Positions 30,840 through 43,180 of a stretch of DNA of 64,000 nucleotides are shown piece by piece. The first letter of the stretch is position 1. Each line of letters opens with the position of its first letter. This DNA is from Synergistales bacterium (lineage in GTDB: Bacteria > Synergistota > Synergistia > Synergistales > JAFGMB01): assembly GCA_963666205.1 (NCBI GenBank), contig OY762654.1, forward strand, positions 2,848,001 through 2,912,000. Reading direction: 5' to 3'. Position numbers and translations under genes: made by a program. Under the pieces are notes generated by a model. That model was not told the DNA's origin, made no database searches, and saw only the letters and a list, made by a program, of their open reading frames with translations.

Positions 30840-32034
30840 TCGAAAAGTTCTTCTTGGAATAACGGGGGGCATATCCGCGTATAAAACGCCCGATATCCTC
30901 AGAGAGCTTATCAAGAATGGCTGTGATGTTGAGGTTGTGTTGACCGAAGATGCCGAGAATTTCGTTAGCCCTATGGTACTCTCAACACTGCTGTCCAAGA
31001 AGGTCTGGAGACAGAAAGACTTTCTTTCCTCAGATGAGGGCTGGAAAATCCCCCATATCCATCTTGCTGATTGGGCCGAGATAATTCTGATAGCGCCCGC
31101 AACTGCAGAAAGTATTTCAAGAGCAGCCAGGGGGGAAGCCAGTTCTTTGTTGGGCGCTGTTTTACTGGCTGCCAGGTGTCCTGTTCTGTTTTTCCCGGCT
31201 ATGAACGTTAACATGTGGGAGCACAAGGCTACAGGTTCAAATCTGGCTGCTATTACGGAAATGGGTTACCAGATCGTTGAACCTGCATCTGGAGATCTTG
31301 CATGCGGCTACAGTGCAAAGGGAAGGCTTCCAGACAAAGAAGTAATTATTCATGAAATCTGGAGAACTCTTTGCCCGGTGCAAGATCTTTCTGGGAAAAA
31401 CGTACTGGTAACGGCTGGTCCTACCTGGGAGTTCCTTGATCCCGTTCGCTTCCTTTCCAATCCCAGCAGCGGGAAAATGGGTTTTGCACTGGCTCGAACA
31501 GCCTGGTACCGTGGGGCAAATGTCACTGTCGTAAGGGGTCCCGTCGAATTATCTGATATTCATGATCTTGTCATTATCCCCGTTACCTCGGCAAAAGAGA
31601 TGCTGGATGCTGTAATTAGTGTACTTCCAGGGGCCGATTATATCGTTAAGGCTGCTGCAGTAGGCGATTACAGGCCTGCCTCAATCTCGGAGCATAAAAT
31701 CAAGAGGCATGAAAAAGATACGGTTCTCCTTGAACTTATACAGAATCCTGATATAGCATTTGAAGTTGGAAGACGAAAAAGGCATGATCAGATACTTGTA
31801 GGATTTGCTGCTGAAAGTCAGAACCTTCTCAGAAATGCCACAATGAAAATGCAGAAAAAGAATCTTGATTTCATTGTGGTTAACGATATAACTGCCTCTG
31901 ATGCCGGTTTTCGCACAGATACCAATACTGTTAAGATAATAAATTCTTTAGGTACCTCCCGTGATATTTCAGGATCAAAAGAGTATGTTGCTTCTACTAT
32001 CTGGGATTCCGTAATGGGACAAGAGGAAATCTGA
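30820..32034 (+). CDS. coaBC: Bifunctional PPC decarboxylase/synthetase
   Basis: GITGGISAYK, APATA, PAMNVNMW, LACG, TAGPT...DPVRFLSNPSSGKMG, AAAVGDY, GFAAES. Confidence 0.96.
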   Translation: MLSWKNNRKVLLGITGGISAYKTPDILRELIKNGCDVEVVLTEDAENFVSPMVLSTLLSKKVWRQKDFLSSDEGWKIPHIHLADWAEIILIAPATAESISRAARGEASSLLGAVLLAARCPVLFFPAMNVNMWEHKATGSNLAAITEMGYQIVEPASGDLACGYSAKGRLPDKEVIIHEIWRTLCPVQDLSGKNVLVTAGPTWEFLDPVRFLSNPSSGKMGFALARTAWYRGANVTVVRGPVELSDIHDLVIIPVTSAKEMLDAVISVLPGADYIVKAAAVGDYRPASISEHKIKRHEKDTVLLELIQNPDIAFEVGRRKRHDQILVGFAAESQNLLRNATMKMQKKNLDFIVVNDITASDAGFRTDTNTVKIINSLGTSRDISGSKEYVASTIWDSVMGQEEI

Positions 32035-32038
32035 TTCC

Positions 32039-33868
32039 TTGACTATTTTTGCTGAAATTGTCATTCCCGGACCCTGGTGGAACAAGCTTACTTATCTTTC
32101 CGAAATAGACCTTGTCGAAGGAATAAGGGTTGAAGTTCCTGTCGGAAGGACCAGAAGATTCGGTTTCGTTTCTCGAGTACACCGGGATGAGGATTCTCTT
32201 GAATTTAATCTTTCGAGATTGAGATCAGTGAACTCTATCGTTGATGAATATCCCCCCTTATCTCGAGATCTCTGGAAACTGAGTGACTGGATTGGAAGGG
32301 TTTATCTGTGTGGACAGGGAGAGGCTCTGTCTGTTATCTGCCCAGCACCCCTTCTCAAGGGTACATCTGTAGAATCAGTTCCCCCTGAAGGATCAAACTC
32401 GGACTTCAATTATGACTTGAATACTACTTTTGTGACAGATGACAGAAGTAGATATCATACATATATTGAGGCTATAGCTAATAATAAAGGTTCCTCTTTG
32501 ATAACATTTCCGGAGCAGGAACAGGCTAGGCAGTTCTTTTCCGTTCTTCCTGACTCTATCAAAAATAATACCCTTATATGGCCATCTACCGGCGGAGCTA
32601 AATTGTGGAAGGTGTGGAACTTAGTAAGAAAAGGCTTTAATGGTCTTGTTCTGGGTGGTCAAAGTGCTGCTTTTGTACCATCTCAACAATTATCACTTAT
32701 TATTGTTGAGGAGGAGAGCAGTGGAGCTTATGTACAGCAAAGATTTCCCTTCCTTAATGTAAAGAGTGTTTTAGCCAAGCGGGCCGAACTCTGCGGAAGT
32801 AAATTGATCCTGGGAGGGAGACTCCCTTCTTCAAGGGTCTACTTGAATAAAGAAATAACCTGCAAGGATAAACCTTCTCCTTCGAGGACTTTTTTTGTGG
32901 ATATGAAGGCGGCCTTTTCTTCCCATCTACAGGGAGTGGTCCATCCCTTGAGGATCAGCGAAACCGCCTTGAGAGAAACTATAAAGACGATTAGTGAAAA
33001 CAATGTTGTAATATGGATCCTTGATAGAAAAGGTTATGTCGGGGAAGTCGCATGTGAGGAATGCGGGAGAAGCATCGAATGCGGTAAATGTGGAGGTATA
33101 TATAACTGGGACAATAGGTCCGGAAATCTGAAATGTTCTTTGTGTGGTGCAGAGATTGCATTTCAAGCAGAATGTCCCTATTGTCGAGGCAGCCTCATGG
33201 TTGGGAAACGCCCCGGAATTGATGCTTTATCTGAAATAGCAAATGAAATATTGATTTCTGATAAACCTATGGTACAATGGCATGCCGATTTCCCTAAGAA
33301 GATCGGTGAGTCCAGGAAAATTATGGAGTGTCTTAACAAGGGGGGGCTTGTGATCGGGTCGAGACTTGCTTTGAATTTATGTGATAAACTGCCTGTCGGA
33401 TCAATTGTCTGGATCGACGCTGATTCAGAAGCAAGAAAACCCTTCTATAATTCCAGTTTTAAAGCATTCAGCATGATTTGGGAATCATGCTGGAGAGGAA
33501 TTTCTTATGAAGATAGGTCGGTTATAATTCAGAGCAGGATTCCAGGAATAGGGTGGCAGATGGGACTTTCTGCAGGTTGGGATTATTTCTGGAGAAGGGA
33601 ACTTGCAGAACGGAAAGAACTGCAACTTCCGCCCTTTTGCTATCTGGTTCAAATTGATTTTCCTGAAAGATGTGTTAAGGACGAAATAACATCTGCCCTT
33701 ATGAGAGAAGACATAAATGTTATGGATCCAGGAGAAGGTGAAAATGAACACTTTCGGATCTGGGTCACTGTTGAGAAACTGAACATTCTTATGTCAGCAC
33801 TGGACCCCTTTTTCAATATCTCCAGATCAAGTAGGGGTTTTCCTAGTATCAGGATATGGAGTGATTGA
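32039..33868 (+). CDS. priA: Primosomal protein N' (PriA), helicase motifs degenerate
   Basis: N-terminal 3'-binding domain (LTY...RVEVPVG), four CxxC pairs after RKGY, RKELQLPPF; follows coaBC; no Walker A or DExH. Confidence 0.85.
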   Translation: MTIFAEIVIPGPWWNKLTYLSEIDLVEGIRVEVPVGRTRRFGFVSRVHRDEDSLEFNLSRLRSVNSIVDEYPPLSRDLWKLSDWIGRVYLCGQGEALSVICPAPLLKGTSVESVPPEGSNSDFNYDLNTTFVTDDRSRYHTYIEAIANNKGSSLITFPEQEQARQFFSVLPDSIKNNTLIWPSTGGAKLWKVWNLVRKGFNGLVLGGQSAAFVPSQQLSLIIVEEESSGAYVQQRFPFLNVKSVLAKRAELCGSKLILGGRLPSSRVYLNKEITCKDKPSPSRTFFVDMKAAFSSHLQGVVHPLRISETALRETIKTISENNVVIWILDRKGYVGEVACEECGRSIECGKCGGIYNWDNRSGNLKCSLCGAEIAFQAECPYCRGSLMVGKRPGIDALSEIANEILISDKPMVQWHADFPKKIGESRKIMECLNKGGLVIGSRLALNLCDKLPVGSIVWIDADSEARKPFYNSSFKAFSMIWESCWRGISYEDRSVIIQSRIPGIGWQMGLSAGWDYFWRRELAERKELQLPPFCYLVQIDFPERCVKDEITSALMREDINVMDPGEGENEHFRIWVTVEKLNILMSALDPFFNISRSSRGFPSIRIWSD

Positions 33869-33901
33869 ATATATACCCATTCCAGGAGGAGAAGTATATA
33901 A

Positions 33902-35212
33902 ATGGCTATAGTAACCATAGTAGGCCGTCCAAATGTAGGTAAATCATCCCTTTTCAATAGACTGACCGGGAGACGGAATGCGATAGTAGATAACATGCCC
34001 GGGGTAACAAGGGATCGGATTTATGGGGAAGTTGAATGGCGCGAGAAGTCTTTTTTTGTCGTCGATACAGGTGGCCTTATTGTTAACGAGGACCATCCTC
34101 TTATGGATAGTATGAAGCGTCAGATTCAGCTTGCCGTTGATGAAAGTGATCTTATACTCCTTGTGATCGATGGCCAGTCTGGTTCTAACTGGATGGATGA
34201 AGATGTAGCAATGCTTTTGCGACGTACTTCAAAACCGGTTATTGTTGTAGCTAATAAACTGGATGATCTTAAACACGATGAAATGATCTATGAAGCCTAT
34301 GGACTGGGATTTGAAAAGGTTATCGGAATAAGTGCTCTTCATAAAAGAAATATTTATGAACTCTGCGACCTGATTCTTGAAAACCTTCCAGAAGAAGAAA
34401 TTGATGCTCAAGATGAAAAGGAGATCCGTGTTGCAATTGTTGGCAGACCAAATGTAGGGAAGTCAAGCATAGTCAATTACCTTACAGGTCAGGAACGCTC
34501 TATAGTGAGCGAAATCCCGGGTACCACAAGGGATGCTGTCGATTCTGTCATCTACAGAGAAGATCTTAAATATAGAATTGTGGATACAGCGGGTTTGCGT
34601 AGACGCAGCAGAGTTAAGGATGATCTGGAGTACTATTCCCTTGTCAGGACTCTGGAAGCAATTGGCAGATGTGATGTCGCTGTCCTGGTGATGGATTCTT
34701 CTGAACCATTTACTGATCAGGATAAAAAACTGGCATCCCATATTGTGGAAAAGGGAAAAGGGCTTGTTTTACTTATGAATAAGTGGGATCTTCTACCTAA
34801 AAGAGATAAAGCAGGGGACAAAATGATAAAGGACCTGAAGGAAGAAATGGTGTTTGTGAAACATGCACCTGTTCTCTTTGCCTCTGCACTGACAGGAAGA
34901 GGGCTTGAAAAACTTTACGAAAAGATTGAATCGGTATATATCAACAGGCAGAGAAGGATTAGTACTAACATTCTGAACCGTATGGTAAGAGATATTCTGG
35001 CTTTTGAAAGGCTACCTTCGGATGGTAAGGGTAAATTCTTCAAGATCTATTACTGTACTCAGTCGGATATCGAACCACCAACATTTGTCTTTTTTGTGAA
35101 TGACCCTAATATTGTGAACAATCCTTTTCAGGGGCATTTGGAAAAAGAGTTAAGAGGTCTGGCAGACTTTGAAGGAGTCCCTATAAGAATTTTCTGGCGT
35201 CCCAAGGCTTAA
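33902..35212 (+). CDS. der: Ribosome biogenesis GTPase Der (EngA)
   Basis: Two GRPNVGKSS P-loops, DTGG/DTAG, NKLD/NKWD, C-terminal KH-like domain. Confidence 0.97.
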   Translation: MAIVTIVGRPNVGKSSLFNRLTGRRNAIVDNMPGVTRDRIYGEVEWREKSFFVVDTGGLIVNEDHPLMDSMKRQIQLAVDESDLILLVIDGQSGSNWMDEDVAMLLRRTSKPVIVVANKLDDLKHDEMIYEAYGLGFEKVIGISALHKRNIYELCDLILENLPEEEIDAQDEKEIRVAIVGRPNVGKSSIVNYLTGQERSIVSEIPGTTRDAVDSVIYREDLKYRIVDTAGLRRRSRVKDDLEYYSLVRTLEAIGRCDVAVLVMDSSEPFTDQDKKLASHIVEKGKGLVLLMNKWDLLPKRDKAGDKMIKDLKEEMVFVKHAPVLFASALTGRGLEKLYEKIESVYINRQRRISTNILNRMVRDILAFERLPSDGKGKFFKIYYCTQSDIEPPTFVFFVNDPNIVNNPFQGHLEKELRGLADFEGVPIRIFWRPKA

Positions 35213-35317
35213 AAAATATTTTTAGGTCTTGACCTTCCTTGGTATTACTGGTATTAATAGTAATTGGCGTGGACTTGAAGTGAACAATATTAAAAACCAA
35301 ACAGGAGGTGGCTTGAA

Positions 35318-35590
35318 TTGACTAAAACTGATCTGGCAAACGCTGTTGCAAAGGCTACAGGTCTCAGCAAAAAGGCCTCAGGAGAAGCGGTCGGAGCAAT
35401 TTTCGCAGCTATTGAGGATTCCCTTGCCAAGGGAGAGAAGGTTCAGCTTGTGGGGTTTGGAACTTTTGAAGTAAGGGAGAGAGCTGCTCGTCAGGGCCGT
35501 AATCCCCAGGATCCTTCCAAAGTTATACAGATTGCTGCCAAAAAAGTACCCGTTTTCAGGCCAGGTAAAGCACTTAAAGAGAAAGTCTAA
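35318..35590 (+). CDS. hup: DNA-binding protein HU
   Basis: [37 protein letters not shown] start after AGGAGGT. Confidence 0.97.
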   Translation: MTKTDLANAVAKATGLSKKASGEAVGAIFAAIEDSLAKGEKVQLVGFGTFEVRERAARQGRNPQDPSKVIQIAAKKVPVFRPGKALKEKV

Positions 35591-35618
35591 GTATTTATTC
35601 CCAAGTTTTAAAATCCTT

Positions 35619-35658
35619 ATAATCAAGGCGGCTTTAGTGGCCGCCTTGATTATTTTTT
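35619..35658. terminator. Terminator between convergent hup and rsmA
   Basis: 14-bp stem ATAATCAAGGCGGC/GCCGCCTTGATTAT with a T-tract on the + strand. Confidence 0.85.
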
Positions 35659-36474
35659 CATATAAGGTCCTATCATTTTAAAACAATTGAGCCACTGGTC
35701 TGTGGTCAGTTGCTCAGGTCTGTTTCGCCCATCAATCCCAAGTTCTGACATTATCTTTCCAATGTCAGCCTTCCCTATGGATTCAATGAAGGGAACAAGG
35801 TTATTTAATAGTGTTTTTCTTCTTTGAGCAAAGGCAGTTCTTAACATATTTTTCCATGTCGGATCAGAACCAAGCTGGAAATTGTTATGAAGTTTTATCT
35901 CCAGCAATATCGAGTCGACCCGGGGAATAGGCCTAAAGGACTGGGGAGATACCTTCAAGAGAGGTTTTGCCGTGCCCATGGCATCAATAGTGATACCCAG
36001 AGGATATCTCTCTTTCGTACCAGGGGGTGCACAGAGCCTTTCAGCAGCTTCTTTCTGTACCATAAGGATAAAATAATTCAGCCCCTTATCTACAAGGGTG
36101 GTGATGATCTTCCATAGCAGAGGAGTAGTTATATGGTAAGGAAGATTGGCTATCATCTTGTTAGGGAGGGGGTCCAAACGGCAAGAGTAGTCGAACTTTA
36201 CAGCATCAGTCCAGATAAGTGAAAGATTTGAAAATTCTTCCTCCAGGGGTAAAAGGTATTCTTCAAGTCTTTTATCTATTTCAAGAGAATAAAGCTTTTG
36301 ACATCCCTTTAATGCCAGTTCTCTGGTAAGAATGCCCATTCCGCTTCCTACCTCCAGAACCACGTCATGACTTGAGATGTTGGAATATTCTACAATCTTG
36401 CCAAGTATATTCCTGTCTATAAGGAAATTCTGGCCGAGGCTGGTTTTATGGATGAATAAAGGCTTATGTTTCAT
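35650..36474 (-). CDS. rsmA: 16S rRNA A1518/A1519 dimethyltransferase
   Basis: LGQNFL, VLEVGSGMG, ANLPYHIT, MVQKE, PRVDS, FAQRRKTL. Confidence 0.96.
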   Translation of the reverse strand: MKHKPLFIHKTSLGQNFLIDRNILGKIVEYSNISSHDVVLEVGSGMGILTRELALKGCQKLYSLEIDKRLEEYLLPLEEEFSNLSLIWTDAVKFDYSCRLDPLPNKMIANLPYHITTPLLWKIITTLVDKGLNYFILMVQKEAAERLCAPPGTKERYPLGITIDAMGTAKPLLKVSPQSFRPIPRVDSILLEIKLHNNFQLGSDPTWKNMLRTAFAQRRKTLLNNLVPFIESIGKADIGKIMSELGIDGRNRPEQLTTDQWLNCFKMIGPYMKK

Positions 36475-36488
36475 TGTTGTATGCTCCT

Positions 36489-36525
36489 AAAAAAGGAAGC
36501 GGGAAACCTTTCCGGCTTCCCGCTT
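36489..36525 (-). terminator. Terminator-like hairpin between tRNA-Pro and rsmA
   Basis: Minus strand AAGCGGGAAGCC-GGAAA-GGTTTCCCGCTT then CC-T6. Confidence 0.75.
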
Positions 36526-36532
36526 TATCTTC

Positions 36533-36610
36533 TGGTCGGGACGAGAGGATTCGAACCTCCGACCACCTGCACCCCATGCAGGTACGCTAGCCAGGCTGCG
36601 CTACGTCCCG
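36533..36610 (-). tRNA. tRNA-Pro (GGG)
   Basis: Reverse complement CGGGACG...CCTGC-ATGGGGT-GCAGG...GGTTCGAATC...CGTCCCG-A-CCA; full cloverleaf. Confidence 0.96.
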
Positions 36611-36622
36611 TAAACAGAAGGT

Positions 36623-36651
36623 ATTTTATCGTTCCTTGAGGCTTAGGTCAA
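36623..36651 (-). promoter_or_regulatory. tRNA-Pro promoter
   Basis: TTGACC-N17-TAAAAT on the minus strand, 12 nt upstream of the tRNA. Confidence 0.75.
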
Positions 36652-36777
36652 GTATCAAAAATCAACTCTGGCATATTATCCTGTTTTCAATATAAAGACA
36701 ATTTCTTGAAATACCAGAGAGCATCAAGATATGATCTGAGATCCTGGAAATTCTTATGTAAATATGTCAGGTTGCTC

Positions 36778-36826
36778 GAATAAAAAAAGAGACAGGATAT
36801 AATATATCCTGTCTCTTTTTTTATTC
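36778..36826. terminator. Perfect 23-bp inverted repeat, PFOR terminator
   Basis: GAATAAAAAAAGAGACAGGATAT-AAT-ATATCCTGTCTCTTTTTTTATTC; symmetric A7/T7 tracts; 26 nt past the PFOR stop. Confidence 0.88.
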
Positions 36827-36852
36827 AAAGATTTCTAAAAAACAGAGGAAAG

Positions 36853-40419
<3,567 letters not shown>

Positions 40420-40501
40420 TTATTCTCATTCATGGGACTTATTGTTCCTGAATGAGTTTGTGCCTAAATTATCAAATGGAACCTAAAAGATATTAAAGAT
40501 G

Positions 40502-40531
40502 ATGATATTACAATGCTATCGAGTGTGTCAA
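40502..40531 (-). promoter_or_regulatory. Putative PFOR promoter
   Basis: TTGACA-N18-TATCAT on the minus strand. Confidence 0.55.
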
Positions 40532-40600
40532 TTTGTTGCATAAAATATACAATAATATTAAGGAAAAAAGTATAAAATTAGTCGGAAATTAATGTTATGC

Positions 40601-40629
40601 TTGCAATATATCATCTGCAATATTATGAT
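40601..40629 (+). promoter_or_regulatory. Putative trmB promoter
   Basis: TTGCAA-N17-TATGAT. Confidence 0.55.
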
Positions 40630-40748
40630 TTACCCTCACTCTTTCCATTATACTCATTAATCAGTTCTCTTTCTCGAAATCTTTTTCTATACACAATAAT
40701 GAAAAGAGTGGGAGATAAACATTTATTCTACTGAGTGGAGGAGATACA

Positions 40749-41690
40749 ATGCTCCCTGGAATGGAACAAATAATTTTAAGTCCTGAAAAAAGCCCTCTTC
40801 CATTGGAAATATCCGACTGGTTAAATAGACCTGTATTGCTGGAGATAGGTTTTGGCAATGGAGAATTCCCAGTCCATTTAGCCAGATCCAGACCAGAAGA
40901 TATTGTGGTTGGAATTGAAGTATCTCTTACATGTGTTATGAAAGCTGCAAGGAGGGCTATTCGAGAGGGAGTGGGTAATGTCCATTTCATTATGGGGGAT
41001 GCAAGGTTTCTTCTCAGAGAATGTTTTCCAGATATGTCTCTGGATGTAGTATACATGAATTTCCCCTGTCCTTGGCCCAAGAGCCGTCATGCCAAGAGAA
41101 GGGTTACGAATCCATCCTTTGCCGATGCCCTTGCATCTGTGCTGAAGATGGGAGGTTATTATGAACTTGTAACAGATGAAGAGTGGTATGCTCACGAAGT
41201 TGGAGACATTCTCGGATCCCATCCTTCAATGAGGCTGGAAAGATATACAGTCAATCCAGCACGTCCAGTAACAACAAAGTATGAGCGTAAATGGATGGAG
41301 ATGGGTAAGGATATTCATCTTGTGCGGATCGAAAAAATAAAAAACTTTACCATTGAACGTGTTTTATCGGAGGTCGATGCCGAAATGCACCTTAAAGCCC
41401 ATATCAAGGATCTAAACCTTGCAAAGCTAAGGAACCTGTTTAATCACGAAGGTGGCAATAAATATAGTCATTGGATTTTCAAGGACTCCTTTTCCAATGG
41501 ACAAGGAGTCTATCTGATCGAGATTATTGTTTCTGATGAAAGTTTTGAGCAGAAATTCTTCATAAGGATTGCGGAAAGTGGGGAGGGCGTTATCTTTAAA
41601 CTGGCTGAAACAGGGTCTCCCTTCAGGACCCCTGCAGTCAGGGGGGCGCTTCATGATTTATGTGACAGATTGAGAACTGAATCGGAATAA
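40749..41690 (+). CDS. trmB: tRNA (guanine-N7)-methyltransferase with C-terminal extension
   Basis: LEIGFGNG, GIE, NFPCPWPKSRHAKRR, VTD, TKYERK; about 100 extra C-terminal residues. Confidence 0.92.
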   Translation: MLPGMEQIILSPEKSPLPLEISDWLNRPVLLEIGFGNGEFPVHLARSRPEDIVVGIEVSLTCVMKAARRAIREGVGNVHFIMGDARFLLRECFPDMSLDVVYMNFPCPWPKSRHAKRRVTNPSFADALASVLKMGGYYELVTDEEWYAHEVGDILGSHPSMRLERYTVNPARPVTTKYERKWMEMGKDIHLVRIEKIKNFTIERVLSEVDAEMHLKAHIKDLNLAKLRNLFNHEGGNKYSHWIFKDSFSNGQGVYLIEIIVSDESFEQKFFIRIAESGEGVIFKLAETGSPFRTPAVRGALHDLCDRLRTESE

Positions 41691-42088
41691 TGAAGAGCTT
41701 ACCTGTTTCTTTCTCGATAGAGCCTATAGGAATAGTAAGATCCGAAGTCGAAAAGACTCATCTTCCGGAATATTTCCATGGTAGAACATGTTACATTGAG
41801 ATCTATCCTGAATTTGAAGAAGCATTGGATGGAATAGAACATGAAGAATTTATTCTTGTTCTATTCTACTTCCATAAATCTGAAGGGTATCCATTGAAAG
41901 TCCACCCCAGAGGAGATCCTGAAAGACCACTCAGAGGTGTCTTTGCGACCTGTTCTCCAAAAAGGCCTAATTTTATCGGGGTAACCAGATGCAGGCTTAT
42001 AAATAGAAGAGGCATTTTCCTGGAGGTTAAGGATCTTGATGCTTTAAATGGGACTCCGATTATTGATATCAAACCCTACCGGTTATAG
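41690..42088 (+). CDS. tsaA: TsaA/TrmO-like (YaeB) SAM-binding protein
   Basis: PIG, FYFH, RGVFATCSPKRPN, LDALNGTPIIDIKPY. Confidence 0.9.
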   Translation: MKSLPVSFSIEPIGIVRSEVEKTHLPEYFHGRTCYIEIYPEFEEALDGIEHEEFILVLFYFHKSEGYPLKVHPRGDPERPLRGVFATCSPKRPNFIGVTRCRLINRRGIFLEVKDLDALNGTPIIDIKPYRL

Positions 42089-42156
42089 TCTTGCTACACT
42101 ATAATCAGGATAGATACACATATTATCAAATATTTTATTGATCGGAGAAGAGAGAT

Positions 42157-42693
42157 ATGAAGGAAGTGCGTCCTACGTCCGGGAAAGTGCTCCAGGCTCT
42201 TTTCAATATGATCGGTCCTTTGAAGGATAAGTCTTTCCTTGACCTTTTTTCTGGTACCGGCAGAGTAGCATTGGAGGCATGGAAAAGAAATGCTGAAAAT
42301 GTTGTAGCAGTGGAACTGTTAAGAAATCGGAGTTCATTGATAAAATCGCCAAATCTTTCCGGGGATGGACGCAAATTTATTGTACTTTCCATGGATGTCC
42401 GACGTGCAGTTAAATTTCTTATCCGGAAAGGTTTTGCCTTTGATATTGTTTTTGCTGATCCGCCTTATAATGCTGGATGGCCTGATAAGATACTGGAAAT
42501 AGTCATTAATAATCCGGACCTGCTTCTTAAGGACGGACAATTGTTCCTGGAGCATACAGTAAGAGAACCTCTCGCTGAGATAGGGAAAGGCTGGATTCTA
42601 TCAGACCAGAGAAGATACGGAGATACTTTTCTGTCGATAATTTCCAGAAAAGAAGAGAGTATCGGGGGTGACATAGATGAAACGTCAGATTAA
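42157..42693 (+). CDS. rsmD: 16S rRNA m2G966 methyltransferase
   Basis: VRPT, LDLFSGTG, FDIVFADPPY, YGDT; upstream of coaD. Confidence 0.9.
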   Translation: MKEVRPTSGKVLQALFNMIGPLKDKSFLDLFSGTGRVALEAWKRNAENVVAVELLRNRSSLIKSPNLSGDGRKFIVLSMDVRRAVKFLIRKGFAFDIVFADPPYNAGWPDKILEIVINNPDLLLKDGQLFLEHTVREPLAEIGKGWILSDQRRYGDTFLSIISRKEESIGGDIDETSD

Positions 42694-43180
42694 GGCTGTT
42701 TACCCAGGCTCATTTGATCCTATAACCAATGGACACATCTACATAGCAGAAAGGGCTGCCGCCCTTTTTGATGAACTCGTTGTCTCTGTTCTCCTGAATC
42801 CCCAGAAACAGGCAACCTTCAGCATTGAAGATCGGCGTGCTATGGCCAGAGAAGCCTTGAGCCACCTGCCTAACGTAAAAGTGAATTCCTTTACCGGACT
42901 ACTTGTTGATTTTCTTCGCAGGGAACACAGCCGGATAATAATCAGAGGACTGAGAGCACTTTCGGACTTTGAATATGAATTCCAGCTTGCACTTATGAAC
43001 AGACAATTGGCACCCGACATAGAAACCCTTTTTATCGTAACAGATGCTAAATATTCTTATCTTTCCAGTAGAGCTGTCAAGGAGATCTTCCATTTTGGGG
43101 GTCCTGTTCAGGACATGGTTCCTCCAGGTGTATACAGACGGCTGAGAGAACGGTTTGCCAGGAGGTCCATCACACCATGA
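42677..43180 (+). CDS. coaD: Phosphopantetheine adenylyltransferase
   Basis: YPGSFDPITNGH, RGLRALSDFEYE, LSS. Confidence 0.97.
   Translation: MKRQIKAVYPGSFDPITNGHIYIAERAAALFDELVVSVLLNPQKQATFSIEDRRAMAREALSHLPNVKVNSFTGLLVDFLRREHSRIIIRGLRALSDFEYEFQLALMNRQLAPDIETLFIVTDAKYSYLSSRAVKEIFHFGGPVQDMVPPGVYRRLRERFARRSITP

Noticed and set aside
36778-36826. Long perfect palindrome as a MITE or transposon end
   Set aside because: Single copy in the window, with A/T tracts and position that fit an intrinsic terminator; no transposase or target duplication seen.
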